Program-made: the position numbers and the translations under genes
Assembly (NCBI GenBank): GCA_051530055.1
Contig: CM121342.1
Coordinates: 13,283,480 to 13,347,479 of the forward strand
DNA: 64,000 nucleotides
Direction: 5' to 3'
Source of the DNA: Neoechinorhynchus agilis
Taxonomy: Eukaryota; Animalia; Acanthocephala
In this document: positions 50,103-62,500 of the stretch, one piece after another
Layout: every line of letters begins with the position of its first letter
How positions within the stretch are numbered: position 1 is the stretch's first letter
The notes under the pieces: model-generated
What the model was told of the DNA's origin: nothing
The model's input: the letters and a program-made list of their open reading frames with translations, nothing else
Database searches by the model: none

Positions 50103-50140
50103 ATTCTGAAGAAGTCCCAGGTCGAGGACGAAATATTAAT
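50103..50140 (+). ncRNA. Solo type-I hammerhead motif
   Basis: AUU CUGAAGA A GUCC-CAGGUCGA-GGAC GAAA UA U U AAU: intact core, 4-bp stem II, 3-bp stem I. Confidence 0.78.
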
Positions 50141-50700
50141 CAAATTAAATCATTTTTCTTTATTTCGTCTCACAAAAAACAACTTAATTTACGCCGATAA
50201 ATGTAACCGACTGAACCACATTTATGCTATAAGAAAATTGTTGTACTTTTTTATTAATAAATATATAATTAAGCATTTACTCGAAAATAAAAACGATATT
50301 AAACAATAAAAAGCGATAGAGAAGTTGTCTTTATAGCGTTTTTCCGTTTTGTTTAATATTTTAGCCCAAATTTGAGTTTCCAACAGATTGCGAGCGAGTT
50401 TTTTTTTGCACATCACGTCTGCAATTTCAAAATTCGCGTTTTATTTCGAAGGAAAATAAAGGATTTCGCGAGTTTTTCTACTTTATTTTAGATTAAAGAT
50501 AAATATTCTCTGAATTTCGTCCATGAAATTCCACAAAGAAGAAACATGAGCATTGTATATCATGTCTTTTCAATATGGTCTCAATTGTAAATTCTGTAGC
50601 CGTCGGATGCGCTCGTAAATCTTTTGGCAACATTTGTGTTTAGATATATAAAGCAGTTGATGTTTTTTTTTCGTTGTGAGAAAGTTTAAGGATATCAAAC

Positions 50701-51375
50701 ATGCCTGCTATTAGAACGCTACTCATACTCATTGTTGGATTGGTTGCACTGGTAAGTACATTTTCACTGCAAGAAACTCATCTCGTATTCACACATAGAA
50801 CATCAATGCAATGTGAGTGTTTGCGCATTTTAGCTTTCTAGGGTTTAATATTTTTTACATGCATAGAAATGTTGATAATAACAGGATCTCAAAGGTTGAA
50901 ACATGTCTTTAAAGCTGTTCACTAAATTTCTCTTTTTAGAAGGCTCTAAGACGTCATTCTCCAGGCCAAAGAACCAATAGCCTTGCTGTAAATGTCACAA
51001 TAATATTTTTGTATTTACAACCATAGTTGCATTTAGCTAACCCCTGAACAATCTCGTAAGATTATCAGTAAATTTAATGCTATGGACAAGAACTCGGACG
51101 GTATGATCAGCAAAAAAGAATATATCGACGCCGCGCGAAAAAAGAAGGCCAAGGCCGTACTAAAACTTAAGACCGTGATAGGTCTATATGATTGGTTCGA
51201 TCATTCAAAGGACAAGAAACTATCGGTCTCTGAGCTACTGGCTAAAAAGCACTATTTCAAAGACTTTTTCGGTGATAGCTGCACAGGAATAATTCGAGAA
51301 CTCGAAAAGAAACGAGAGTCAAAAATCAGCTTCGCTGAATTCCTGTACTTGGATAAGGTTAGTAGCCGTAACTGA
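50701..51375 (+). CDS. Secreted EF-hand protein (multi-exon, very short exons)
   Basis: Signal peptide MPAIRTLLILIVGLVAL followed by a gtaagt donor. The last exon has DKNSDGMISKKE and degenerate DHSKDKKLSVSE. Exon 2 boundary is uncertain. Confidence 0.65.
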
Positions 51376-52829
51376 ACATACATTTCCAGTTCTTGAAGAG
51401 TTCGATTACTTGAGCATTTCATTAAAATTCTAGTTGTGCGTGTTGGGTCTTATAATATGTTATTATGAACGGTTCAATCAACAATTGCAAGTCTACCTTA
51501 CGATCCATAATATCACAAGACACAACAGTGTAAACAGGACATATCGTCAATCTTTTAAACTTAATAGCTATTTATAAAAAAATAATGTTTTTGTTAAGTT
51601 TCAATGAGGTATTGTGGTTTAAATACCAACGCGGCTTTATCTACTATTTACAAAAGCATTAAGTAAACCAATAACTAAATATTTTCAATCGCAAAAAACG
51701 CCTAAAATAGTGCTTTAACAATAAAATGTATTTTTCGAAGGTAAGTATGCCGAAAACTTTCCGATATATTTCGCAGAAAACCTACAATTTTAAGTTGCAC
51801 TTGAGTTGTATTTAACAAGCTATATTAGCCTTCGTTGTATTCAAATCAGTCACATCGAAAAGCCGTCAAATGGGAAGAACCTCATCAAATATGAGTAGGC
51901 ACTAGAAATCGACCACAATCTATTGAGGTTGCTTAACCGTTTGTAGAGATATTTTAGCCAAAACGATAGTTCTTAGATGTTGATCGATTTTATTTTAGTC
52001 ACTTAAAACAGGAACTATTGGTAGATATTTTGGACATGAACAATTTAATGTAGATGTGGCATTTGTACGCTTTGCGAACTCGATATATACGAGCCTTAAC
52101 TTAAAGTCAAATTGATTGATATGCTCACAAATAACAGAATTTCGTCTTATCAAAACCATACATTATAATCCCCGGAATGTTACGCTATGAATTCGTTTTT
52201 CACAAGACACTGCAGTACTTTATAGAAGACATAAATCATCAATAACATGTGAAAAAAATCAAATTTTACGTAAATGTAAACAGTTTTTAGTACACAAATC
52301 AGTAAAGATCATTGAAAGTTAAGGAAAGATATAACCAAGCCATTAATTTGAAATACGATATTTTGACTAAAAATGTTATGATAGAAAATATTGGTGCAAA
52401 TACCAAAAGCAATGTATTCTGACATCTTGAAGCTTAACTAATTCCGATCGGGTTTTCGTTAATCTCTAGCCAAAGGGCAAGATTTTAAGTAAATTTGCTA
52501 CAATGGATTTTGGTGAAATCGTAATTTTTGAAATAACGGTGAAATTTTACAAAATCGTATGAATCAACTCACTTTTGTGATTGAATTAATAAACGAGGAC
52601 GATCGTTTTCGCATATTTCTCGTTAGCAATAAACACAAAATTCACAGTTTTTACTGTGATGGTAGAATAATGGCATCTCCTGAGCTGATTTTTTGCCAAA
52701 ACAACACAAGAGCCTTTTGCAATACTTAATAATCAATAGGGCCATTATTTATAGGATTACATATTAAAATAAGATCAAGCGCTCCATTTGCGTTCCGTTT
52801 TGTGCATCAGGAGTTTTAAGGGTATTGGT

Positions 52830-53620
52830 CAATATAAAATATGAAACGAAATGCGAACGGATGTCAATTTATTTCGCAAATTTATTGCATTATGAACTAA
52901 CCGAGAAGTCACATTGGATTCCAAAGAAGTTAATTTTTCGTCGGAACACGTAGAACAAGTCTTACAATTGCAAAAAATAAGTCGCAATGTCGTGTGGCCG
53001 TTTGCACTAAATTGAGGTAAGAGCTCATTAAAAGACGCCCCGTGGAATACATTAAATTGCGCTAACAGAACCAGGGACGCTTTCGTTTCCTCGAGCGTGG
53101 CAAATACAACTGGAATGTGGCTGGTGACAGCCAATATAAAATTAATTATTCCCTTGTGTCTCCTCGTGCATAGTCATCCCAGTAGTAGCATTGAAAGGTA
53201 AATATTTGATTTAACTTGTCCATTGATCGGAAAATAAAATGAACTTTTGGACACATGCTTTCAGAATAAACCAATAATCGGTCCGTGATGTTTCCAGTCT
53301 GAAAAGCCGGCACACATATGTGTACTGCTCTCCCGGGATCCAAATAGCATTAAATGAAGCAAATGAAGATTGTGGGTCACCAACACCGTTGCTTCAGTCG
53401 CTTGCTGTACAAATACCACAGACAACCATAACCAACATAAAGCCAGCAAGAGAACGCAAATATCAGCCGATAACGAGGATCGAAGAGAGCGCTTAGCAAC
53501 TAGACAAACTTCAGCACGGATTCTGCATCCAGATAATGGGAAACGTTTTTGCAAAGCAAAACTCAAAAAAGGTTTGCGAAATCTCTCATTAGCATCCACA
53601 AACTCAATTTTTTTGAAATA
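52830..53620 (-). mobile_element. Possible decayed DNA-transposase remnant
   Basis: Fragments SADICVLLLAL and LRLIFCNCKTCSTCS in different frames resemble the hydrophobic core and Cys-rich tail of invertebrate transposase-like ORFs (recalled, not searched). Confidence 0.3.
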
Positions 53621-54418
53621 AAAATTATATTACTTTAACGTGGCTCGCGTCGTTAAAATCCGTGAGTTTGACATTTCCATTCTGATTGGCGTATGAATCC
53701 CAGAGTCCCTAAATAGATTAATGTAGAAGCCCCCCAATGTAGAAAGCACTCTCCTTTTCGCGTGACATTACTTCGCATGTCTAATCAAATGTCGGTGCGT
53801 CGAAAATCTACATGGTATTTCATTGATATGGAACTTCCAGACCAGCGAGTTGTGTTGATAGACACTGTAAATGATGGGCGTAATGGGAAACGAGTTGCTC
53901 ACAAATCCGGATAGAAAAGGAAGCACAAGACCACAATTACAAAGAAATTCCTTACATCTCGATTTTTGATAGAGGTAACATCTTCAAACTATCCACAAAT
54001 GGTGCTTTCCATTATTCGCGACATGAGAGAGTTTAAGCTGCAAATTTTGAATTTCATATTTTCTAATCCATAGAGGTCTAAGGAACTATTGAAAGATTTA
54101 ATCCAATATCCAGTGCGCCTTACAAGACAAAGCAGCTAAAATTTCTCCGGTTTTATCAACGTAGACGACGTCAATGGGGTACTATCTCAATTGAGTACAC
54201 TTTATAGTTACTATAGCAACTTCCTTTTATCCATTTTTCGAAGCAGGGACTTTTATGTGCCTTAGTGATAGAATGGCTTATAAATTGGAAGCAGGTGCAC
54301 CGTGGCAAGAGGTTTACTATTTTTTTACCTTGTAACTTCATAAAAAACAGTGACTATTATTTAGGCAAACGACAAAGATAGTGTCAGCGATTGGTCATTC
54401 TCACGAAAATCGGGAAAA

Positions 54419-55307
54419 ATGTCGTCTTCGTGTCAGCCGGAGATGGTAGATATAGACGATGTGGTTGAGAAATGGATTCATAAAATGTGGGAGTACACTA
54501 AACGGAAAGATCAAACTAAATTCCGCTGGGATGAATTAAGCGTTAATGTCAATTGGTCTAAGGTCGCTTTTAAACAGAGTGAAATTGAGTACGCAGATCA
54601 GGTCGTCAGTTCACAACCTCGTTCTAGAATTCTGTTCAAAACCTCATTCACAAATAGCACAGATAGTGTGCAAGAGTACTCATGCAAGGCTGAGCGGTCT
54701 ACCTCGACTGATCTGCATCTTAGGTTTACCAAATCCATAAGAAAGGAGAGAGAGAATTACATCCAGTTCAAATTGCCACAGGAGATTGTTGAAGCTGGCG
54801 GGGGTATCAGAAGAGAGCAGACAGTAGAAACGGGGACCGAGAAAACGTATTCAAACAATGTTACATGGTCAGTAGAGTGTGGAGTCTTCTTCGGAGTGTT
54901 CTAGGAGTATCTACACTATTGATTCTTTAGTTAGAGTTAAGCCTCGATGTCAAACAGTAGCCGAACTGGTTATTACAGAAGAGAAATTCGCAGCTAACTT
55001 CTTCTTAAACATCACAATGAGTGGAAAAATCAGCGTTATCATTTCTAATCGTAAAGACAACAGCTTCGTTAAATTCCTGGAAGGTGATGTTGCAGCAATC
55101 TTTCAAGATACATTGCGTTCATCATCGGGAAACTTTTCTGCTGGAAACTTTGAAATCCATAAAAATAGCGTAATTTGCAAAATCTCAGGAAATGTGGAAC
55201 TTAGATATGGAGTTGAACAACACATTGCCGTTAAAGAAAGTCCAACTGGTTCATTAGTTAATTTAAAATTAAAGCATTTAAACACAAACAACCTTAATGG
55301 AAATTGA
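54419..55307 (+). CDS. Aerolysin/ETX-MTX2-like beta-pore-forming domain protein
   Basis: LFKTSFTNSTDSVQEYS..ERSTST, Ser/Thr-rich strands, and TWSV..S.VRVKPRCQTVAELVITEE. One short intron near 54877-54922. No signal peptide. Confidence 0.75.
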
Positions 55308-55494
55308 TTGTAAAATAAACAAGATCATTGGTTTCATTTCTCCTATCCGTAAATTATATGCGATTATTCGTGAAAAGTATTCTTAAGAGAAATTGCTGGT
55401 TGCCCCACTTTCAAGACGGAACCCTCTCGGCATCTTCACTATTTCAGAGATATCACATTGCTTTTTGATTAATCACGACCTAAAAAGTGAGATC

Positions 55495-58152
55495 CTAATT
55501 ATTAATGTTTCGTTGCCCACAAATAATGCTAGAGTTTATCACCAAATCTATGCTGCATCTTGGTGGCTTCTGGGGCAATCTAAATGCGTCATTAATGCTT
55601 TCTTTGTATTTATAATGATAATATTTTTTAAATTTTAGACTAGCGAAACCATGACAATAAATAGGAAAGCTTCCACGAATAACCGTTATTCTACGTGGAA
55701 AACATTGAGCAATCTTTAGGTTGAGCATCATGCAAAAAGCCGCCTTAATCCGTTGGCAGTAAGCAAAACCGCAAAGATAAAAATTAAACGAAACTTTTGC
55801 GGTCGTGAAAAGGTTCTGTGGTATTCTGAGTGAGACCCATATAAATGTTATTTGAGTTAAACACTATTATTAGTATCAGTTAACAGAGTAAATCAGTTAT
55901 GAATACTGTGGAACCGTCGGCTTTTGTCTCGCACAGCTCAAAATAGTCGGGCTTGGCAACTTTCATTGCGTAAAACAACCGTTTACCCTTTCCGATAATT
56001 TGCGTCAAGTACTTCGGGTTTGGATCTAGCTCTCTATATCGGCAATCTAGCCTCAGCAAAACAGCATGGAATGGTTGCCAAGAGAACTGCTCGGGCAATT
56101 TGTAGAGACAATCAATAGGGCAATTGATACGTCGCGCGATGTCGACAAAGAAGATTTCTAATTCGATGATTTCTTTTTGGTCATTGAAATCGATCACCTG
56201 AACACGAAACCATTCATCGGCGTAACTTTTAAAGGCAACAAGTTCTCCAATACTGACAGTAATGTCGATCCTCTTCGGAATACATGAATTCAGTACACGT
56301 CTAGATCAAAAGATTGTAAGTGCACAAGTGACTGATGAAGAATACGAACCCCATTTCCCGGTACAGACAATAAAGATTGCCTGTTTTATGAATTCTACGA
56401 GTCATTTCGTGCTCTCCATATTGTCCAGCGTAGTCATTAGCATCCCAACCAAATGGAAAAGTAACGTACAACGAATCGGCTCCATTTACCGACAACACTT
56501 CAACTGGTATCCATTTAAACAAGGGTATAGATTCCTCGGATACGTAGTGGTGCTGACCTGCAGCCACCAAAACGGGCACGGATGTAGATTTATGAGCTAA
56601 AGAAAGCGAGAAATAATGAAAGCCCGAGATAGGTAGGTAAAAGACTTACAAATTTGCTCTCGTACTGGTGGTTGGTTTTTATGTAACTCGTCAATCCATT
56701 CCTGCGAAACGGTTGATCCTTGCTGAATCACAGTGGACTCACCATCGTTGGCAGCCTTGGTGTGATGCGGTTTTAGACCGAACACAGCACTGTAATGGTC
56801 CACACCTGCGTGGTCACGGATCAAAAGTACCTGAGTGTCTGAATGTAGAGGGGAAGAGCTCATTTGTACGACCTCAAGAACTTTTGGTTGTCCTTCCTCC
56901 GAAACAAATCTTTTAAAATCAGCGATTTCGTTTGGCTTCAACCGATCTAAAATACCGCATAGAGTGCATTTCGTCGCTAGTGGCTTAATCGGAAGCTCCA
57001 CGCTTTGGTTTAGCGCAAGAAGCGTTTCAGTAGTAAAACTAAATCCGTGATCAACAGCGAATACGCGATAGGTTCCGTCGGTGAATATGCGTTGAACGGT
57101 GACCCGGAGAAATTCGTCATCACCATCCATCGCCCAGCATTTCATTTTACTCAGTGCTGCAGTTTTGGGAATAATCTCAAAGTGTTCGGGGTCGAATTGA
57201 TTCAACTGAAAAAGCCGCTTCATATGAGATTCGATGTTACCAAATATTTGAGCGTAGAAATGAAATTCTTGCTCATTGGTGTCGACGTGTGTAATAATGG
57301 CATACTGTTTCTTCTGCTTTTCTGGCCGATTCCAGAGTAACATATCGTCATGAAATCCAAATACTGGAACTGATTTTAAAAACGGGATCAAATTATGGAC
57401 ACTGTAGGGTGCAAAATTGGAGTCATCCTGATCGTCGAGAGCTCCAATGATTTCAGCTCTATCGAAGCCCGAGTCCAAGGGACTCTCTGCATGTGCCAAC
57501 ATAATTTTGCCGTCTTTACCAATTTTGAAGACAATAGCTGAAATATCATCATCAACTTTGGCTTGAAAGTCGACCAATTCACATTGAACCAATTGAACGG
57601 GTAGAAACATGAACCGAATATCAAGCGGACAAATAATCGAGATATCGTCAATCGATACTTCGTCGCCGTAATCAATCAGGAGAACTCAAATAAAGGCGCA
57701 AAATCGTATAAGCGCCAAATGATTCAAATTTACCTTTATTCTGTGCCATCGGTTCACATCGGTACCACTCGCCTTTTACTTGGACTGCAAAATGCGAAAA
57801 GTGTGGATTCCAATTCACGTACATCTTTTGGTCTACGCCATTGTGATAATGTTCACTGTACAATTAACAATAGACTCGAAGCCCTATGACCAAACTTACT
57901 TCATTTCGTCGCACAATTTTATAAAACTCCTAGTGTTTTTCTTAAGCTGCAGATGAACCTCCTGAAAAAGATTGGATTGTGAAGCCCAAACAACAACTCC
58001 TTCGATTTTGTCACCCGTTTTGACACGGTACCGTGGTACACGAACATTGCCTGTAACAACTCGGATTATCTACGACGATAGTACAAGTTGCCTTACGCAC
58101 TCGGTATCCGCAAAATCTTATTCGGATCAGGTATAGCGTTTGAAGACTTCAT
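55495..58152 (-). CDS. Multi-Tudor-domain (TDRD-like) protein
   Basis: Spliced start MKSSNAIPDPN..; Tudor motifs GEWYRC..LLIDYGDE, DDEFLRVTV..VFAVDHGF, and WFRV..IDFNDQKE. The 3' end is approximate. Confidence 0.8.
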
Positions 58153-58504
58153 TACTCCGCAGTGGAAGCCTATAATCGAATAAGACTAGGACGAAATTAA
58201 CGAGCTCTGAAATCTACAGGGATATATAGCGAGATTTAATAAAAGTATTTGAGAAGGACGTTGTGGTCTACAGTTTAAGCCATGCACTAATGTAGTGTGT
58301 CCCTACCATCTTTCTAACGTATGCACGTTGTTAAGATAGGCTGGCTAGATTGAGAAATATACCAGGTAAGAAGCGTGTTACATAGAATTCTTCACCCGGG
58401 AAATATTTTTAAGACGTTTCAAACCTCGTATGGTTGATCATCGCCTTTCTAAAAGGCGCAACCTCGCAAGAACTAAAGATCCGACCTCAGAAGCTATCCT
58501 GCAA

Positions 58505-59250
58505 GCAATATCCGCCAATCCCCACCCGAACAGGCATTCTTCCAACCGGATATTGTAACTCGAACAGACATCTCTCCGGCCGGACATTTCCATTTCAACG
58601 GACATCCCTAGGATCGGATATTCCCACCCGAACGGACATCCCTCGGATATTTCAATTTGAACGGACATCACTCGAATCGGATATTCGCACTCGAACGAAC
58701 ATCCCTCCGATCGGATATTCCCACTCGAACGGACATTCCTCCGACCGGATATTCCCACCGAAGGGGCATACCTCCGACCGGATATTCCCACCCGAAGGGG
58801 CATCCCTCCGATCGGTTATTCTAACTTGAACGGACTTCCCTCCGACCGGACATTCCCACCTGAACGGGCATCCCTCCGAACTGATATTTCCAATTGATCG
58901 AACATCCCTCCAACCGGATATTGTCACCCAAACGGGCATCCCTCGGATATTTAAATTTGAACGGACATCCCTCTGACCGGATATTCTCACTCGAACGGAC
59001 ATCCAACTGATCGGATATTCTTATTTGAACGGACTTTCCTCCGACCTGACATTCTCACTTGAACGGACTTCCCCCTGACTGGATATTCCCACTCGAACGG
59101 ACATCCCTCTGACCGGATATTCTCACTCGAACGGACATCCAACTGATCGGATATTCTTATTTGAACGGACTTCCCTCTGCCGGATATTCTCACTTGAACG
59201 GACTTCCTTTCGACCGGACATTCCCATCCGATCGGATATTTCCACTCGAC
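58505..59250. repeat. 34-bp minisatellite, about 20 degenerate copies
   Basis: Consensus GAACGGACATCCCTCCGACCGGATATTCCCACTC. Explains the repetitive ORFs at 58434-59286. Confidence 0.9.
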
Positions 59251-59551
59251 TGAACTCGTAATCCACTCCAAAATCAATAACCGCATTCATTTATACCATC
59301 AAACTCGAGTGTTTATGGGGGCCCAAAGAACAAATAAACGTGTTATTTTTACAACCTACCGACATTTAAACACACACCAGGACCAAATTAGCCCAGGCAA
59401 TAGCATTGATTTCACATTGGAAAGTTGAATAGGCGACCACTGCTCGCCACGGTCCAAAGGAACATTTTTTTCGCAATGCGCGATGGCCTGAAAGAATTTA
59501 ACAGCAACGACGGGTCAAACCTCATAAAACCGGTTGCTGTTTATTTTGCGT

Positions 59552-62500
59552 ATGGCTCTAGTGAACGGACCGATGAATTCTGTGTTGTTTCCAATGAGTC
59601 GTGATAGATTGATCAGGAATGATTACTATTCGGAATTTGGAGGATTATGTGGGTTAGAAGATGAATTGCTTCTTAGATTGACAGAGGCAAAGCACGCACT
59701 TAAGAATGACCCTCTTGGGCAGATTTCGTCTCAGTTTTCAATGTTTTTCTACGCAACGCATCCGGAATTTAAGTGCGGTCGCAACATCTTTTTGCGTTTA
59801 TGGCAATTATTACGAATACTATTGAGACAAATTGCACAGGAAATCGATTGTTCTGATGAAAATATTAATCAGCAGCAGGAGTCAGTGAGCATGTACATCT
59901 TCCTTGCGTGTGAGTATTTAATCAAGGCTTCAACTATGGTCTCAAGTGGCTATGTTGGTTTAAAAAAAACAGCGCGGAGAGATTCTAACGATCGTGACAT
60001 CATTGAATTGCAAATTCAAACAATGTCCACACTTAACGAACTACTCACGTCCAATGCTGTAAAATTTGTCAGCAGTCTAACAGGAGATTAGGGATAATCG
60101 ATCTTAGCTCTTTTTTTAAAAATAACATTCCGATTTTGTTTTCTTTTTCCTGAAGGAATCTTTTGCCCTCTCCTCGAACACGTTTTATTTAAAAGAAAAA
60201 GAAGTCACCGAACCTTGTACCTTAGCTAAGGTGACTACGGTTGGTAAAGTTGTTTTTTGGTCGGTGAATTTGTTAAGTTATTGTTTTCCATTTATAGTTA
60301 GAGAGATTTGCTTGTGCTTGTTCATTGGATACCGAATTGTTTTAGAAGGGATCATAATGCGCTGCTTTTAGAGAAAATCCTTCTGGATATTTCCCCCACC
60401 CCAAGATAAGAGGTACTTTATTGAATTAAGAAATGTTTCGAGAGAGAAAGCCTCGCGTCATCCGGGTCATTGTTCAATTGTTTACTAGCACTTGAATAAT
60501 AAAATACCTCTTAATCGGTTAATATTTTCATTACCAGTTCAAACTCGATACATACATCCTAGGCTTAAAGTATTTCAATATTACAGAATGAGGAATTACG
60601 ATTTAATGTTACGTGTTTTTTGTTCAAAGACTGCTGTCTGAATATGCTCTCTGTACAAATCTTTATCATTTGATCGAAACTTTGACTTGACCATTATCCA
60701 AACGTACTTCACCTGCTTGGAATGCCAGCCACTTTCGAAATCGGCTAACTTCCAAGATTTGTTCAACACCGGAGTTTCGTTCATTGTTCGAACGCTAAAC
60801 GATAAAGTCGGTTTCTACGTTAAATTAATTCAAAGCATTTGCAACCACGTAACAACTGTTCAAATTCTTGCAAAAACTGCCGTCTTCATAGTCAGTGAAT
60901 GCCCACCTCAGGGTCAGCGGTCATTCATCGCAGCTATTCTTAAGAGTGTTGTCGAATGTATAGTTTACACGGAACCGAAGTCAAAAAAACACTCACATTT
61001 ATCTTATAAAAACATGGGACAGTTCTTGTATGATTTGTCATGCAAGCTGCCAGCGGAGATGTCACATGAACTTGAATACTTATTTGAACTTCTTGGTAGT
61101 GAGGTGAGTGTCGAACTTTATGCTGGCCGAGACTCGTAAAAAATACGACATCGATTTCTTTATTTTGTAGAAGTTCATGCAGACTCGCATGAATTTATAG
61201 GTAAGCAAAATTTTTGTGCAAATACTTTTAACGAGACTTAAAACCATTATTTGCATTCTTCATCCTCATGTAGGTTCATCACTTGCGTACATCGATAGTT
61301 AACTGTTTTCTGGAAATATACCTTCGATATCTCCGGACTCACGAATCGAACGAAGAGAACATCGAGGCGACAGCTGAAGCAAAAGATAAAATCGAGTTAG
61401 TTTACAGTGTTCTCACTGATCGCGTTAGAGATACAAACGCGTTCACCAGAAACGCCGCACTTCACGCTTGGGAACGGATGTTCAAAGAAAAGGCCATTCA
61501 TTTCGATCTTTTTTCGGATTCAGTGATGTGTTGCGCTGATCGAATCCTTGACGCATCTAATCTTGTTAGGCGATGTGCTCTATCAACGATTACGGCGAGT
61601 TTGCGATACAACCCATTTGCCGATGATTTTGATTTGGACACTATCCAAAAAAACACTAAAAATAGTGCCGAGGTGATTGCGATGATCGAGAGAGGCGAGG
61701 AGGTGGATATGACGAACAATGAAAAAGTGGATATAGATGAGATGAAGAAAGTGCACCGATTTTGGGAACAGAATTTAAAGTTTCTTGGTATTGTTCAAAA
61801 ATGCATCGAAGATGCTTCACTTCTTCTCAGACTGCATTCAGCAACGGACGTGTGCCCTGCTGTTGAATTCATTGTGTTTTGCATGGAACGCAAAGCGATA
61901 AAAGATACTAAAGAAGTGTGCACCCGGTTATTTCAATTGGCGTGGACAAAAGACCGATCAATTCGACAAAGTGTGACAAGGGCTTATTCAAGAGTTCATC
62001 TTGAACCGAATGCCGCGAGCTTTACACAGTTGGTTAATGGTATTCTGGGATCCTTAGAAGGAATGCCGAAATACAATTTCCCTTCTATTGCGATCATTTT
62101 AAGTGAATTGGTGAAGAAAGAGGATAATGTGACCGGCGTAGTCCGATGCTTGGATGAAAGTGCTACTCTTGAAGTCCTTTTGTCTATTTTATTCGCTGAT
62201 GAAGCGGAGCACTCTTCCGAGAAAAAGTACTGGGCTATTATCGTACTAAAACTTATTTTAATGCATTCTAAGTCCGGCCGAACTTTCATACGCGATAGAT
62301 TGGAAACAATAACACGATTTGCAATCGTCGAAATAACGGACTTCAAACTAAAAAAGGAATTCTTCTCTCTGTTGGTCACCTGCGCCGATCTTATCGTGGA
62401 TAAAAACAAAATTTGTGAAGCTGTAAATGCATGAGTTTTGTGCAAAACACATCCATAGTTTATTACCATTATTTTGCAGATTTTCTAACGCCCTTTTTAA

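Noticed and set aside
58434-59286. Repetitive ORFs on both strands
   Set aside because: Translations of the 34-bp minisatellite; the unit length is not a multiple of three.
60070-60730. Apparent GT-TG intron in NCAPD2
   Set aside because: A canonical path (TTT|..ttacag|NEELRF..DCCLNMLS|..gccag|PLSK) aligns better with the conserved CC..L..P motif.
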